This document shows positions 15,101 to 30,100 of a stretch of 64,000 nucleotides of DNA, piece by piece (position 1 is the first letter of the stretch; each line of letters begins with the position of its first letter). The translations under genes and the position numbers were made by a program. The stretch is from Phoronis australis. Taxonomy: Eukaryota > Animalia > Phoronida. Location of the stretch: the NCBI GenBank assembly GCA_002633005.1, contig NMRA01000469.1:62001-126000 (forward strand). Direction: 5' to 3'. The notes under the pieces were generated by a model. The model saw only the letters and a list, made by a program, of their open reading frames with translations. It did no database searches and was not told the DNA's origin.

Positions 15101-18100
15101 TTGAAATCCGTTCCCACGATATCCAGAAATGCTCTTTCCCAAATTTCATCAAAATCCAAACAGGGTCTTTTGAGATATCGGGCAGGCAACAGGACAACTA
15201 GTCAAACTCGCCATTAGGGGTACTGCAGTAGTTGAATCCATCCAAAAATCATCTGCTGCCAGGGCGTTGTTGTCACATTCATTTCCATCACGTTTTATCC
15301 AAATCCATCAAGTGGTAGACAATATATCCAGAAATGCTCTTCCATCACAAAAATACCGAAACAGTCCATTGTCCAGACTAAAATGGCCACTAGGGGGCAG
15401 TCAAATCCCCATGAAAAGGAAGTGATGCCAGTGCATTGCCGTGATATACCTCTGTGTTAAGTTTCATTGAAACTCCTCCATCATTTCCCAAGATATCATC
15501 CGGCCAACAACACTGAAAAGCCTCGCTCCTCTGGCTCTGGGGAGTGGATCTGATTTATAGCACGGACCTACTGACACACTTGAGCCAAATTCAATCAAGA
15601 GCTTACCAGAGGGTTTTGAGATATCGAGAGGACAACTGGACAGAATAAATAGACTTGTCGCCTTTAGTAAAAGATAATTTGTGCAATATGTAAACCAACA
15701 TGCATTTCAACATGACTTTTAGACAAAACAGGGAGAAGTTATCAAAAAGAATGCTCAAGTGAGTAATGATAAAGGATATTCGCCTGTTTGTGTCACTGTA
15801 CTCGTCTGGTGAGGGAAGGTCCATCAAGTATCGCTCCAAACTTTTTACTTTCTTCTTTGACAAACTGTAGGCTTCTTTTAGCTCTGAGTGCTTTCTTTTC
15901 CACTCAGACAAGGAGGTCTCCTCAACCTCTAACTGAAACAAACACTGAGGTTGACAAAATGAAGATGTGCAAATGTGACAAGACAGCAACAGTCATGACA
16001 AATGGGAGAATCGCAGCTCTATTCAGTGAATCGCACAACTCACAAAAACCTGAAAAAAATTGATAAGCAGAAAAACAACATACATACTGAAGCACGTTTG
16101 GATATTGTTGCAAAAGTGGCCTCCATCAAATATATGGGAAGTTGTGACCACATCAGACAGTAATGGAACTATTGTAACAGTTAAGCCGCTTAATGTCACA
16201 CCCTTGATTTGGATGTAAATAATAACAATAAAGCAGGATAATCCTTAAGCAGATTTTGATCATAACCACTCTTATAAGCTAATCATGATAAGTGGAGAGT
16301 CTCAGGGTAAGACAGATAATTGCGAAAGAACTGATTTTTACCCTCCCCCCGCACCGAGAACCGATAAGGACAATAAACTCAAAGATGAATTAGGATAATT
16401 TTTAGACAGAAAAGCGAAGGCACAAATGCTAAAAAGTTGGTGTTTGCTGATTTTATTAACAATACCTGGAAATATTACAATAAATAATTACATTATGCAA
16501 GTCATTTTACAAGGAATTAATGGGAAATGATTCATTTTTTGAAACATCATGCCAGTAACCGTGATATTATAAGGTATAACATTAAGTTGTCAACACTGAT
16601 CTAACACTCCACATTTTTCAAGGCTCTTCAAACAACAGCAATGAGCTGAGTGTGTGCATTTCATACAGAGGCAAGCGATGACCATTATTTTAAACATTCC
16701 AATTAAAGGGAGCTAAACTAGTAATCCTAAAACAGCTTCTGGGAAGGGAAGGGGAGCAATTCAGCAAAACTGTTCTTCATAGGAACACACCAACACCTTT
16801 CATCATGAATAAGAACAGAAACAAGACAAGAGCCACTAAGGGGCACAATGTAAATCAAATCAAATTGGCGTCCAGTTAAGATGGTGAGACAGTAAGTTTG
16901 TTACTCGCAGTGCTCTGACCATTTTCGTCTTTTACAACTCAAATGGAGGCCAGACAGACTAGAAGTATGAGCCAGGCAGCAGAAAATATAAGTGGAATTG
17001 ACAGTGACAGGAGTAGGTTTCTGAATCTGTTTGCAAAATTCCAGACACCAAACTCTCGTGGTTTGCGATGTTGCGGGTCAAGCTAAGCTCTATTAGTAGA
17101 GAGTTGAAGAATTTCACTCAGTCAGACTATGCAATCAACAAGGCCAATGAACGGTCCAAGAAAGAACTCATTGACCAGGAGTTGTTAGAGTGCTAAAAAT
17201 TCAACAGAGAATTGAGAGAAAAACGTATAAATCTAGAGTACCACTCAAGATGTGGAATGTTGCCAATTTTCGGGCTGCATGAGAAAGAAGCCGAATGCTG
17301 TGAGGATGTTGTACAGGTATTTATTAAGCAGAAGTTGGGGCTTCAAGAGGATGATATATGCTTTGAGCGAGTGCAATAGTTGGGCAGAGTAAAGGCAAAG
17401 ACGAAACCAAGACCCATTATAGCAAAGTTCTCTTTCTACAAGCAAAGAGACTGTTAGGGATACTCGCTTTAAGTTGAAAGGCACAGACTTCTATGTGAGT
17501 GAAGATTTCCCCAAGGACATGGTAGTGAGTAGAAAAGTTCCGTTCCAGTACCTCAAGGCTGCAAAAGGTTTGAAAATGAAAGCCTCGCTGAATAGAGACA
17601 AACTGGTCATAGAGGGAAAAGTTTATACTCTCAAGAATTTGGATGCCATTCCTGCTCCAGTGAATAATATTGCTCATTGCTACATGCAGTAGACACAGTT
17701 AACCAAGAACTCTCCCGGTGTCTTTTTTAACACCGTCAGTCTATTGATTTTTTCTTTCTGTTTTGGTGATAGAGTAATATTTAATGTTTCTTGTCATTAA
17801 ATTGTATTGTTGAGTATCACTGGAGTGAATATCACCACATAAAGTACTGATTTTACATTTGGTTGTCACGTGTACACCTGAATAGATACCGTATTCGCCC
17901 TAATAAGTGCCCATGTACCTTTAAGCACCCCCCACTCGTTTTCAGACTTTGCTAAAATAAGCGCCCAATCCATGAACACCATGTACATGCGAAAAATGCC
18001 TAACCTACAGTTCTAAAATTCTACAGTAATGTCTTCAATTTATCAATAAAATCTGACAGTCCTGAAAAAACCATTGTGCTATGTCAGTATTTAGCCGTGA

Positions 18101-21100
18101 CTATACACTTCAAACTTCCGCCGTGCTTCAAAAGAACGCAAGTTTTGCTGATCTTGCGAGGGACGTGTCCTATTATGGTCTGGCCTTTCAGAACAGACGC
18201 AGCGTACTTGTCAAAGGGATTTATTGTATCTTTCCAGTACAGATCTTCTCCCTCAACTGGAATCCAAATTTCTTTGTATACGTGAAAACTGCGAATCGAA
18301 GATTAATAAAAACTTGACCTTAGTTAAAAGCACATGGACAGGAAGCGCGCGCTACATACAAGTACCTGTTATCGAAGATTAGTCTTCGGAAACTATCTAT
18401 TCATGAAACAGGTAGCATAGCATTGACAAGAAATAAATAATGGCACTTATTTCCGAAAATTTTAAATACCGTAAAAACATTTGTATTATTTTTACGAAGA
18501 ATTATTAAATTAATTGTAATTGGTGTTTTTAAAGTCAAAATGACCCACTGATAGTGAACACCTCCGCACCCTTACACCCTCCTAATCTCCCGAAAAATAA
18601 CTGTTAGACTGTCACGCATCCAGTACTGTGGCGACTCAATATCGGCTTTACCGAGACAATTCTAGAACGTTTTTTAGCAGATGAGATCAACAAGTGCTAA
18701 ATAAAACATGTTCTGCTTTACTGCTGGTGATAATTTCTTTAATTGCACACCTAGATCATTACATCGCATTTACTCTGGCAAATTAACTCTGATGACACGC
18801 AAGCGCTCGATTATTGACACAATAAGCAGACAAACTTCAAAACAAACGTCACATGACAACAACATGTGTGTTTGTCCAGAGATTTTTCTCGCGTTGCGGG
18901 GTACGATCTAGCGCAGATTTGGACTTAATATGCAGTTAATGCCGACTCTACAGAAACTTAAAAATCTTAGGGACGCTATCTTGAAAACTTAAGGAGGACT
19001 TCAGGTAATTTGTTGAGTCGAAGCTATATTTTTACTAAAGAATTCAAGTTGACCTATCGGCGATCGCGAGGCAGCGGCGCATCAGTTGGCGAGTTTTCGC
19101 ACTTGGATTTTCTGGTTCAGAATTATAAAAATTGTGGTCTCAACATGGTTCATTTAATTTCTTTTATTCAAGCTCTTAAAGTAACATGGTTAAAAAGATT
19201 ATAAACGGACAAAATAATTTGGTCTGGATAGATATTTTGCGGACTTAGAGTCAAATTGATATTGAAAAGATGCTCAATGGAAGAAACTATTTTTCTAAAT
19301 GTTAGCCTAGTCCACAGGGAATCCTTTTGGAAGGACATTGTTTGTTTCAACATATGAGTTTGGTTTGATATTAAACGAGGTCAAAGAAAAAGACAGGATA
19401 CTGCCACTTCCTTTAGGGCATAACACAAAAGTTCTAACTGGAGGAAAACCAATATTTTACCCATTTGGAATGAAAAGGGTGCGAGATTTTTAGAAGATTT
19501 ACTTAAAGAAAATGTAAATTTCATCTCATACAACAGTTTTGCAGACAAATTAAGTGGTTTTAAACACTTTTTTACACTCTATTGCGGATTGAAAAATTGC
19601 TTGAAATTAACTTTAAAAAAGTATAACATTTTCAAGTGCAAAAGTGTCTCAACCAGTTATCCTACACCTTTGGCAAATTTTGGTGAAAAATTCGAAAGGT
19701 ATAATATATATGATATTTTTCTGACAACTGTTCATCAACAGGAATACACCTACTAAATTCCATGAAGATCTACAACTTAGGAGATGAGTCAGGCACAGAA
19801 AGCTAAAACTTGCACTTAAACGGTGACATAGCAGTAATCAGTTTTGTTTGAAAACCAGCCATGTTCTTTTCACTAGCAAAACACACTTGGCAAACTTAAC
19901 AACAACTCTTCACCAAACTCGGTAGACATTTATGCAGGCACAAAAAATGATAAGAACTGCCATCAGAGCAGATAGTGGTATCTGGATCTATCTGAGAATC
20001 AACGTCAGCCATGCCCTTGTCAATAGCAAGACACAACCTCAACTTCATGATAATTGAAACCATTTGACAGATACAGAGGCTGATGCAAAAACGGATGCTG
20101 AACCAATACAATTGCCACTACTAAGGGGCGCAAAACACAACAAAAGTGTCATAAAATTGTCAGGTGACATTGTCTTCTTAATACAAACCTACCTGCCAAG
20201 TTTCGTAAAGATCCATCAAGAAACTTGACATAGATAACAGCAGGTGCAAAAATGTATAAATCCCACTAGGTAGCACAGGATTAGCCAAATTTGTTTGAAA
20301 CTTTCCATCCTTTATGTTTATAGGAACACAACTGGCAAATTTCACAGAGACCCTTCTAGCTGTTTAGGAGATACATATGTGGACGCTGAATGGATGCAAG
20401 ATGGCTATACAGAGATGACACAGCAATACGTGCCCACATAATTATTTATATGTGGGTCAATAAAAACTAAGACGTTAGCAACATAATAAAAAGATGTTTT
20501 ACCATAAGACAGACAAAAAGTACGAATTAACCAACCGAAGAACTAGTAAACTTACATAACTGGACTAAACATGTACACCTACTCACATTAAAGGCAATAA
20601 CGTTAATGAGCTGTTGCATATTAACGCCAGCGGTCGACTTTTGTTAGTGTAAAGATTGAGTTCAATTTCAGTGAGGAAACTTGACAAAGAACCTAGAAAT
20701 TCTGAGCTTAATATCGAGGAGCATTTACTCATTGACACGAAGCACTACTGTCAATGACATGGATACGTACGAATACCACATGTGAACCAACAATTTAATT
20801 TTCACACTAAGGGATCTCACTAAGAGTAAATTGACGTATGTAACATATGTGCTTTTTTGAAATGAAAAAAATCGAACTAATGATCTGTTGTGACTTTGAT
20901 GCACTAAATTACCAAGTAATGAGAGTTCAATTAGAGCAGATAGAGTGATCACACCAACACTTGAATGTTCAACTCCCAATCCATTTATACTTATTTTAAC
21001 CAACACAGATGACCAGTCCTATACACCAGTAAAAGCACGATTACACAAATAAGCACAATATGACCTAAGTAATTCATGTTATACTTAGGCATCCATTGAC

Positions 21101-24100
21101 TAGACAAAGGTCCAAGTTTTCAATACAATTATTTTGTGAACAATTAGAAGCTGTGTAATTAAAGTCTGTGATGTGCAGCCAACGGGAGGGAAATCATAAT
21201 CAATATTTCATTTCTATTCAGGTCTACATGACCTAAAGGAACTTCCAAAAGTGACTCTCTCAGTAACTGGATTGTATTATATCTCAATGTAAATAAAAGT
21301 GCCACTCTCTCATCTCTCTGAAGTGTAATAATGCTAACTTGCCACACTAAAAAGGCTTCTAACTCAAAACACGTACTACAAGAATGGTTTTCAGCAGACA
21401 CTGCATAGAACTTCAACACCAGTGGTTTTTGAATTGAGAAAGTCAAAAAAAAAAAAATAGAAACAGGGAGTGAGCACCAAACACAGAATGGGTGATTAAA
21501 AGAGATATCCTGCCATTGGAATGGTTAGCCGAACTAACAAGTCAGATTAACAGTCAGGGCATTGTTATTCGCTTCACGTGCAATAGCCAAATAAAAGACA
21601 GACTGAATAACGATGTACTAACACAGCTAAGTGCATTGCATGAACTTTGGGAGATGGAATTCCTCCTGATCAAGTTCACCAAGATGCCTTTAAGAAAGGT
21701 AAGCAAACATTTTTTTGGGTGTTTTGACCATTTTTATCCTCAAATATTGAATTACAGTATAGTGAAAAATAAAATTATTTCTGAAAATCCAAAGATATTA
21801 TTAGCAACCCTTTTGGTCAACCTTCAGTGATAGTCAGTATATCGCTTGATTATAGACCTGGTTGATAACTAACAATTGAGTGAAGATTATACTTAGTAAA
21901 GTCATGTTGTGAACACACATTGTGTAACCGGCTATGGAGAGTGCCTGGGCAGATGATCAACATAAACACCTGGTAGAAAAACGTAGGATAAGAATAATAA
22001 TGGGGATGTAAAAAGCAAACTAGGAGTGTTGGATCCTTCATAAGTGGTAAGAAGTAAGACAGAGGTTCCCACTGTTGCAGCGCATGGGAAACTGCTGTTA
22101 TGACAATAGGACATGAAACAGACGAATTGGTAAATAGCTGTCTGGAACCCAGCAATGATGATGACTAAAACAGAACTTTGAAAGGTGAAAGCACACATAT
22201 GGCTTCAAAGCTGATGAAATAACACATACTAAAACCACCGAAAATGTTGATGCGACTATATCATCTCCAGGTGGAGCTAGTGCATAATGACCATTTATAT
22301 ATCTTACAAAATGGTTATGATTTTTCCTTAGATGCCATTGAATATTCCCTTCAAAAATCATTCTTTGTGATGAAAATCGCATTTACCCTGCAACCTTCGC
22401 CCCTAGTATTATCACCAAAAACTATGTAAAGTATAATTGGATTTGTTTCTAAAGTTAAGAGCAGAGTCACGGCTAACACAAGCCTTTTGTTAAGTATTTT
22501 AAAAGGGCATCTGGAAGTGTGACCACTATTAACTCCTCCCTTAAGGAAGAATGAGTGCACTTTGTGAGGCGTGAATGTAACATAGAACACGGACAGTTCC
22601 AAGTGAAGAGAGTGTATCACTAAACATGGACATCTCCAAGTGAAGAGAGAGCGTAATACTGAACAAAAGTCATTATGAAGCGTGAGTGTACCACTGAACA
22701 TGGAGAGTGAAGAGTGAATGAATAACTAAACATAGACATCTCCAAGTGAAGAGAGAGTGTAAGACTGAACATGGACATCTACATTGTGAGGAGTGACTGC
22801 ATAACTGGACATAGATGTCTAGAACTGATTCAGAAAATGATGAAAAGTATGGGTTGGAGTTTAGCCTAATGTGGCCATGAGAGGGACAACAATAGTATCA
22901 TATAGCTGTGCTGTATACTTTGATCTCTCAAGGCATGAAGTTGGATACACGGAGAGAATTAAACTGAATAACTGACACACCTTTTGTTTCAAGTTTTCAA
23001 TTTCTTTTTCTTTATTGTCAATTCTGTCGTTGAGATTAGCTTGAATTTTCTCAAGGTCGTACTCCGTAGCACTAAAACAGAAACAAAATTTAATGAATTC
23101 ATTCTAGGAAAAACACAAAAATTAAAAAAACAAATATGAATAGTGGTTAATGCTGACCACAATGCAAACTAATTATGTGTGTCATTAACCTAGTACTACT
23201 AAAGGGTGCATTAACTTTGATATACTTGTAGGAATGATTCGACATTTAAAATGATTTAGGAAAAGATACTGTGTAATTAGAGCACAAATAATAACTAAGG
23301 AAGCCATCAAAAGCAACCAAGAATTGCTTTTAGAATCACAGGTTATAGCTGGTAGCCTCACTATGATCTAAAGACCATGTTCCTCTACATCAGACATTGG
23401 ACTGACTTGGCACGATGTAAATATTGTTTTCTGTGTTACAGTGATATAAACTGATTGAAATTAAATTGTAAACTCTTCCTGGAGAAATATCACCCTTAGC
23501 TGAGCATTTGGAATTCACAAAGTTTTAAAACACCCTATAATTTAATCGGTTCAGACGGAAAATAATGATGTTTTGGATTACCTGAGTGATGAATGGGTGC
23601 AGTATAATTGATGAAAGGTAAACATACCCCAGTTGACTGCGCAGCGCCTCTATCTGTTGTGCCTTGTCAGTTTCCAGATCAATTAGTTTAGCATGCAAGG
23701 ACGCGTTATCATACTGCATCTCCTGCCGAAAGAAAAAAAATGATAAAGTACCAAGGAGCGAAAATTTGACGTAAGAAGTGTGTATTAGTCATAATAAATG
23801 ACCTTATGTCGCCTACCCCGGTCTCCTTTTCATCTCTGTTATGAGTTTGTGACGCACTATCATTTATAATTATTCGGGACATACGTCCATCATCATAGTG
23901 AAAACGATGATGAAGACTGCGAGACAGAGAACTTTGATAACCATAAAAACATGATTCCTTGATGACCACAACTACCCCAACACTCTTCTGTTCAGATGCC
24001 ACAAAGATACTTTAAAGGACACCAGAGCTATGGCTCCATAAACAGAAAAGTGAAAAAATGGTTACCACAGCACCCCGTGCAAGCAACTCTAGCCAAAAAC

Positions 24101-27100
24101 TATTCACCTCGAGCAAATTGACAAGACATGTTACATGCAAATTTCATGTCCAGGGGACAAAAATTGTGGTCCATAATGGGGTTGACCAAAAAAAAGCGAG
24201 GAAGAAGTTGTCAGAAAATCTGGAAACACAAGAATGGTAAGACACTGTGTAAAACGGATGAAAGACGTAGTTCATGTTGAGATCCATTTCTAAGTTTCAG
24301 AAAGATACAACAAAGGACAGTTGAGTTATGGCTATGTAAACACAAAAAATAACCATCACAGCACCATCTAACAGCTGATATCGAACAAAAACAATAGGAC
24401 TCAAGCTTTTCGTAAGACACATTGTATGAAAACCTCAGGTTAACCGAGAACAGTAAGTCAGAGCGAGAAATGGATGACACGTGCCAAATAGCTCTTGAGG
24501 ACATCTATCCTTATAACAATTTTCAAAGTTTTGTCAATGGAGGACAGAGCTGTGAGTTTGGCAAAGCTAAAATAAAAATGGCAGCTATGGTGCAAAATAC
24601 AAGCTTCGAGCTACTTATTACTTGTATATAAATTTCATATTGATCAAAATGGAACAGTCACTAGAACGTGTAGCAATAATCTTCCCCAAATCCAATGGCA
24701 CTGTCGCTACATAACACTGTCCCATGTTTCATTGAAAACTGTCAATTGGTTCTCTAGACAGCTGGTGTGAAACCAGACTCTTCATAACAAAGATTTTGCT
24801 TTCACACTGCACAATGTCCGCAATCAAACTATTATCTGTTATCAACCTCAAACTGATTCCCATTATCTCGGCAGTCAGGCAAGATGAGTACCATGTTCTG
24901 GTTACTCTCACCACTTGTAAAAATTTTAACAAATAAACACTCACAAATCGACAGCCATTAATGATGATTGTTGTCAGTTAAAGATGGTGGTCCTACCTGT
25001 AACCTAACAGCCATTTTATCTCCCGATTCTTCTGCGCGTAATCTCAAAACATGTTTAAGCTGCAAATCTGTTTCTTGAAACCGATGTTCCATTTGCTGGA
25101 TCTTCAACTTCTGTCTATAAAGCAAGAAATATTAAAAAACAATTAAAACAACCTTGGTGAAGAGCACAAGTTTATTATTATTATGATTATTTATAATTAT
25201 AATTGTTCCTCTACAAAAAAACAAAGCTTAGATGGCACGAATAGGTCACCTAAACATAAACATAAACACTTTGTTCACAAGTTTCAAAGTCGTGCTCTTT
25301 AATGTATTTTTCAAGATCAAAATTACGCATACAAATAAAAACCAAAACATCACTGAAACATAAGTTGTAACTGTAGAAAAATGTCAAACTGTACCTTATG
25401 CTGGAACCTTTTCAATTGGAAATGGATGATCATATTTAAACAAAACTTTCAGATATCATGATTTATGCTCTTTTGTTAAATGATTGGTTTTTACTTCTCC
25501 ATAAGGCAATATCAAAAATGTGACTTTCATGATTTTTGAGAACGAACTCAAAAGTTGCAGAAAAGTAAATCAAAAAGTGATTTAGAAACGCAAGACAGGT
25601 GCTTGATATTTTACTTTGAATAGTCACTTTGACACAAGATTCATCGTGATTTTTGTGTTGTTTTGCTATGACATATCTTTCTTACTTGTTACATTTTACT
25701 ACAACATGGTCACATGTCCAAATCAATAGCAGACTGGTCCAAATTCTGCACGTCTTCTACTTTAGCAAGTTTTGAAGATATTAGGGTATATTCTTATGGT
25801 AAAAATTCCAATGATAGCAATTAGACAAACTCTTGGACAACACATCTAATGATTACATATGCACCTTTAAGAAACTCATGTTGCTGGAAGTATTTATTGA
25901 GTAAGTATTTAAAAGATCCTCAAACGTAACAAAAAGCACGCACCACCGGCCACAATATTTGAAAATATGTGTACCTTTGACAAACCACATGAGGGCAACA
26001 TCCCGTATCTCCCAACTTGTTGCATTCTATAGCCCAACAACAAGTTGGGAAGTTTACCCCCATAGCCAATATCTTACATGACTGATTAACTCCATTTTGG
26101 CATTTATGGTTCGAGGGTCTGCGCTCTTTTGTTCGATAATTGCTCTAATCTCCGATCAGATTCTATCTAGAATGAGTGGGCTGGGTTGATAAAAATGAAA
26201 GTTAAGTTATAACATATTTGAGCTTAAACCAGTAGCATTTCTGAATTCCTCAATTCCTCGTCAAATGCTGATCATGTTCCGTTTTTGAATCACCAAAATC
26301 GCCCAACAACAACAGCAGTTAAGACAATCTATTCTGTCCAAATGGACGCACTGGGTTTGACTGTGTTCATACGCGGTAATAGCGTGCAACCACCATACGT
26401 TTCCTTTGAAGCCTGGGAGATAATTGGCCTGCTTGTTATAATACGGGACAAAAGACTGAGCTGGGCAGTTAACAAAAGAGCCAGATGTTATCGCACGTTC
26501 AGCACTCCTCACGTCTGGAAAAGTTACTGAACGACAGAACGCTGTAATGACTTCTAATGCAGCTACACATAAAAATAATGTGTTACCACTTAAGGAGAAT
26601 GCCACCAAAAACACAGCATACTTTGTATCAATTTAGATTGAGTAGTTCCACTCCATAACAGCCAAGTTAAGAGGCAGTCCATATAAAAACCAGTAGAATT
26701 TCAAAAATCAGTCTATACGTCAAAATTTAAAATAACTTCATTTTTTGTACATGGGTAGGTATCCTAACAAAAACCCAAATGCCAAATTTTGTGCACTCAA
26801 TGACCCCTAATTTCGCCACTGGAGCATGATAAAACAAATTGGCACAATTGGGCATATTAGCCGTCTCAAAAATCGCATGTTTTCAGCAACAAAAATGAGT
26901 AACATACAAAATAGATCAAAAGCTTTATTTTGGTGGCTGAAATAACCAATGTATACTGTGCATAATTCTGTGCCATTTATTAAAATCTGACAGTTTTGTG
27001 CTAGACAGGGGAGATAATCGACAGACCACTTTTTGGGGCTAATTTTAGTGGCCATTTTTGTGACCTTACTGCCATAAAACACCTTGTAGCCTTATGTGAC

Positions 27101-30100
27101 ATTTTGAACATACAGTTAAAGAGTTAGTCTTGATGACTGAGCAATAAAAAATCTTGCCTCAACTTTGCACTTTAGTGAACATTGTCTTGCAAAACAGTCT
27201 ATTTTCATAGTATGGAAATGACGAGCAGAGTTTACAGACCATTTGAACAAACTTTTAGGCAAGAAGGCTGCTTTAAATAGTTATAGAAACCAAGTCTAAA
27301 GTCTTTCAAATGAAAACAAGATGTTTTCCGGGTTTATTACGCGGCTAGTATCAAAACTGAACCTGATGACCTTTGCCCACTTAGATAGTCAGTTGAGGTT
27401 AAGCTTGAGAAAAAATGTACGTGTAACCCTCTTGTATTCTTTCATTTCTTTTACATTATCAGGTTAATTCAATCACTCTGTAGAACTTTTAAATGGAAAT
27501 AAATGCCTTTAAGATTAAACGAGTAAGAATTGATATTTGTAATGACTGGTTTTGAGAGAAGCAAGTGCATTTTAAAAAGACAAAATGGCGGACGATGTCG
27601 ATGACCTTCATGTTCCTTTAGAGTTTATTCTGCAAAAAATCCGATCACAAAAGCTTTGTGCTTTAGTGAGTTATGTCAAAGAAAGACACCACTGAACTTT
27701 TGAGATACAAGAAAGTACATCAGAAAGCAAGGCCTGTGCCAGAGTAGACTCGTACTACCCCGAGTCAGTGTATTTCTGACTGAACAGGACCAGTCATGGA
27801 AGAGTCCGGTAATGCTGGATGTTACCACTCTGCTCCTCTCCTCCTGAACGTAGCAGCCTTGTCAAATTCTACCGGCATTTCTGTTTCGAGATATGACTTT
27901 AGTGAAAGTCAAAACAGAAAGAATCTCTATGATCGCAAGATCGCTCCACTCATGCGAAGTACTTTGTAGCCAAATGTAACAATATCATAAACTTTCTGGA
28001 TTTGAAAGAAGCATACTTTCCAGTGGCCGTGTGAACGGATGTTATGTTTATGCATGTTCAGTCAATGCAACAAAGTCTTTACCAAAATACTCAGTTCCTG
28101 GTATAAGAACATTACCAAATTCCCACTATTCCACACAAGGAATTCGCGGGTGGAAATCATTCCATGTAGGTGACGGTAAGTTCTTATAAATACTGAGAAA
28201 ATGGGAAACCCTATTTCTCTAAAATACAGTAACATCTCTAGACATGGCGGATTTTCAACACCAAGAGTTAAGGTTGGCATTGTATGTAGAGAAGAGCCTC
28301 AACAAAAGTTCCCTTGTACCCGGCAAGGTTACTCGAATTTTTTTGCTACAGACGCAGAACTAGGTCAGCATTTGGATGTGGGTAACCACACTGAACATTT
28401 ACAGAGGGAAACCACGTATGACCTCATCGCACAACAGTGGTCAGAAATGCTTTCAGTTGCAAGAACCGGAGCGTCATTTGAGGCAGCCTCAGAGTACTAT
28501 TGAATGAGACGAATGCTAAAGCAATAGGTTAGGCATTGAAAAAGGTAAAAGGTCAACAAGATTTTCAGTAAAGGTTAAGAACTTTCTGACGAACATATTC
28601 AATGAAGGAGATAAGTCAGGTAAAAACGTTCACCCTTGGAAGTGCCCAAATGGAGAAAACATTACGAGAACCCACTGGGAAAGTGTTTACCTGTGATGTT
28701 AAGTGAATCGCAGATTGGTGTATTTTTTCGAGGTTGTCTGCACCAATGTTTATGACGATGCTATTTCTGCTGAAGATGCTGTCACGTCGTCAGATTTACT
28801 GAATGAAGTGGTAAATGTGCTCAACGTTTAGCCTAGTTTTGTAGCATAACAACCAGTCAAAGATATGTGATATATGAAGTCGAGACTGTTACTTCTGTTT
28901 ACTTCATGTCTGTCATGAATGAGTCATTAATAAAATTGTCTCTCGCGAATTATTTTCTATTGACTGTGAATGTGTACCTTTTTATACCACTGATGATCAC
29001 ACTGGCAGAAATATTCAGCGTTAGGCCCGCCCGGTGTGTGTGGGGGGGAACACCATATTTCTGCTGACTGGTGTTGAGTAAAATTTGTAGCAACCAGCAG
29101 GGACATTACAATATGAACCCAAAGTTACAATGACTGTTGACAAGTTGAAGGATTTTTTGCACTGAACACTAGGGGGCCATATCCACCTTGGGTGCCTTCC
29201 TTTGCCTGTGGCACGAACAAGGCAGATAGAAAACAAGAGTAAGGCAGGGGTGAGTTCAGTAACACTAGAACCTCTCTAAAAATTATCCAAAACCACCTGT
29301 TCTCATTTAAAATGCAGGGCAATATCTCGTGAAGTCTTGAATTATACCAAGGTCCTCGTGTTACTGTTCTTATTCTAGATGCGTCTTCAGTCTCCACATA
29401 AACAAAAGCAGCGCTATCTATCATTTAGAAGCAGGCAAGCCAGTTGATTTACGTACATATTTTTTGTAATAAGCAATAATCATCAATGCCGTTTTCAGAG
29501 AATGGTAATTAATAATGCTGCCTACCTTTTCTTCAAAATACAAGGTTTTTATGTCGTGTTTTGCAAGCTAATTATATGTTCCAAAAGCCCCCTATTGGTA
29601 GCAGAGGCAACTGAGAGCATGCAAAAGGACGAAGTGCAGTTCGTGTAATGCTTCGTACGCAAAAACTACATTAGAGGCAAGATTTTTTATTTTAGAATAT
29701 GAACAGGTTAGGAATGACTAAACAAATTATTATAAAGTCAATTTCAGGAAAGGTGCGTTATGGCTGCTACAGTGTGCCAAATTTGGCCGAAAATGGCTTC
29801 AGTGAAACCTGAAAAATAGCCGTTTTTGCCTCACAAATTCAAAACGTACAAATTTAAAAATGGATTTTGAAAGTTATGCCATTAAATTATTCAGCCATTG
29901 TCCTTTCAATTCATATCATTCATTTGTTTTGACCTTACCATACATGCTAGTAAAATGCATTCAAACATGCCTACTTCGACGACTAATTTTGTTGCAAAAT
30001 GGAGGCACAGGTCATAAAAAGAAAAATAATGAAATTCAATGAAAATTCTTAAAAAGTGAGGTTTTTCTACATCTCAACAAACCAAACTCATGTGCTAAGT

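Noticed and set aside
15603-15779. Hydrophobic ORF extension suggesting a membrane-anchored C-terminus
   Set aside because: It is read-through into the AT-rich U12 intron, and nothing suggests it is a selected coding exon.
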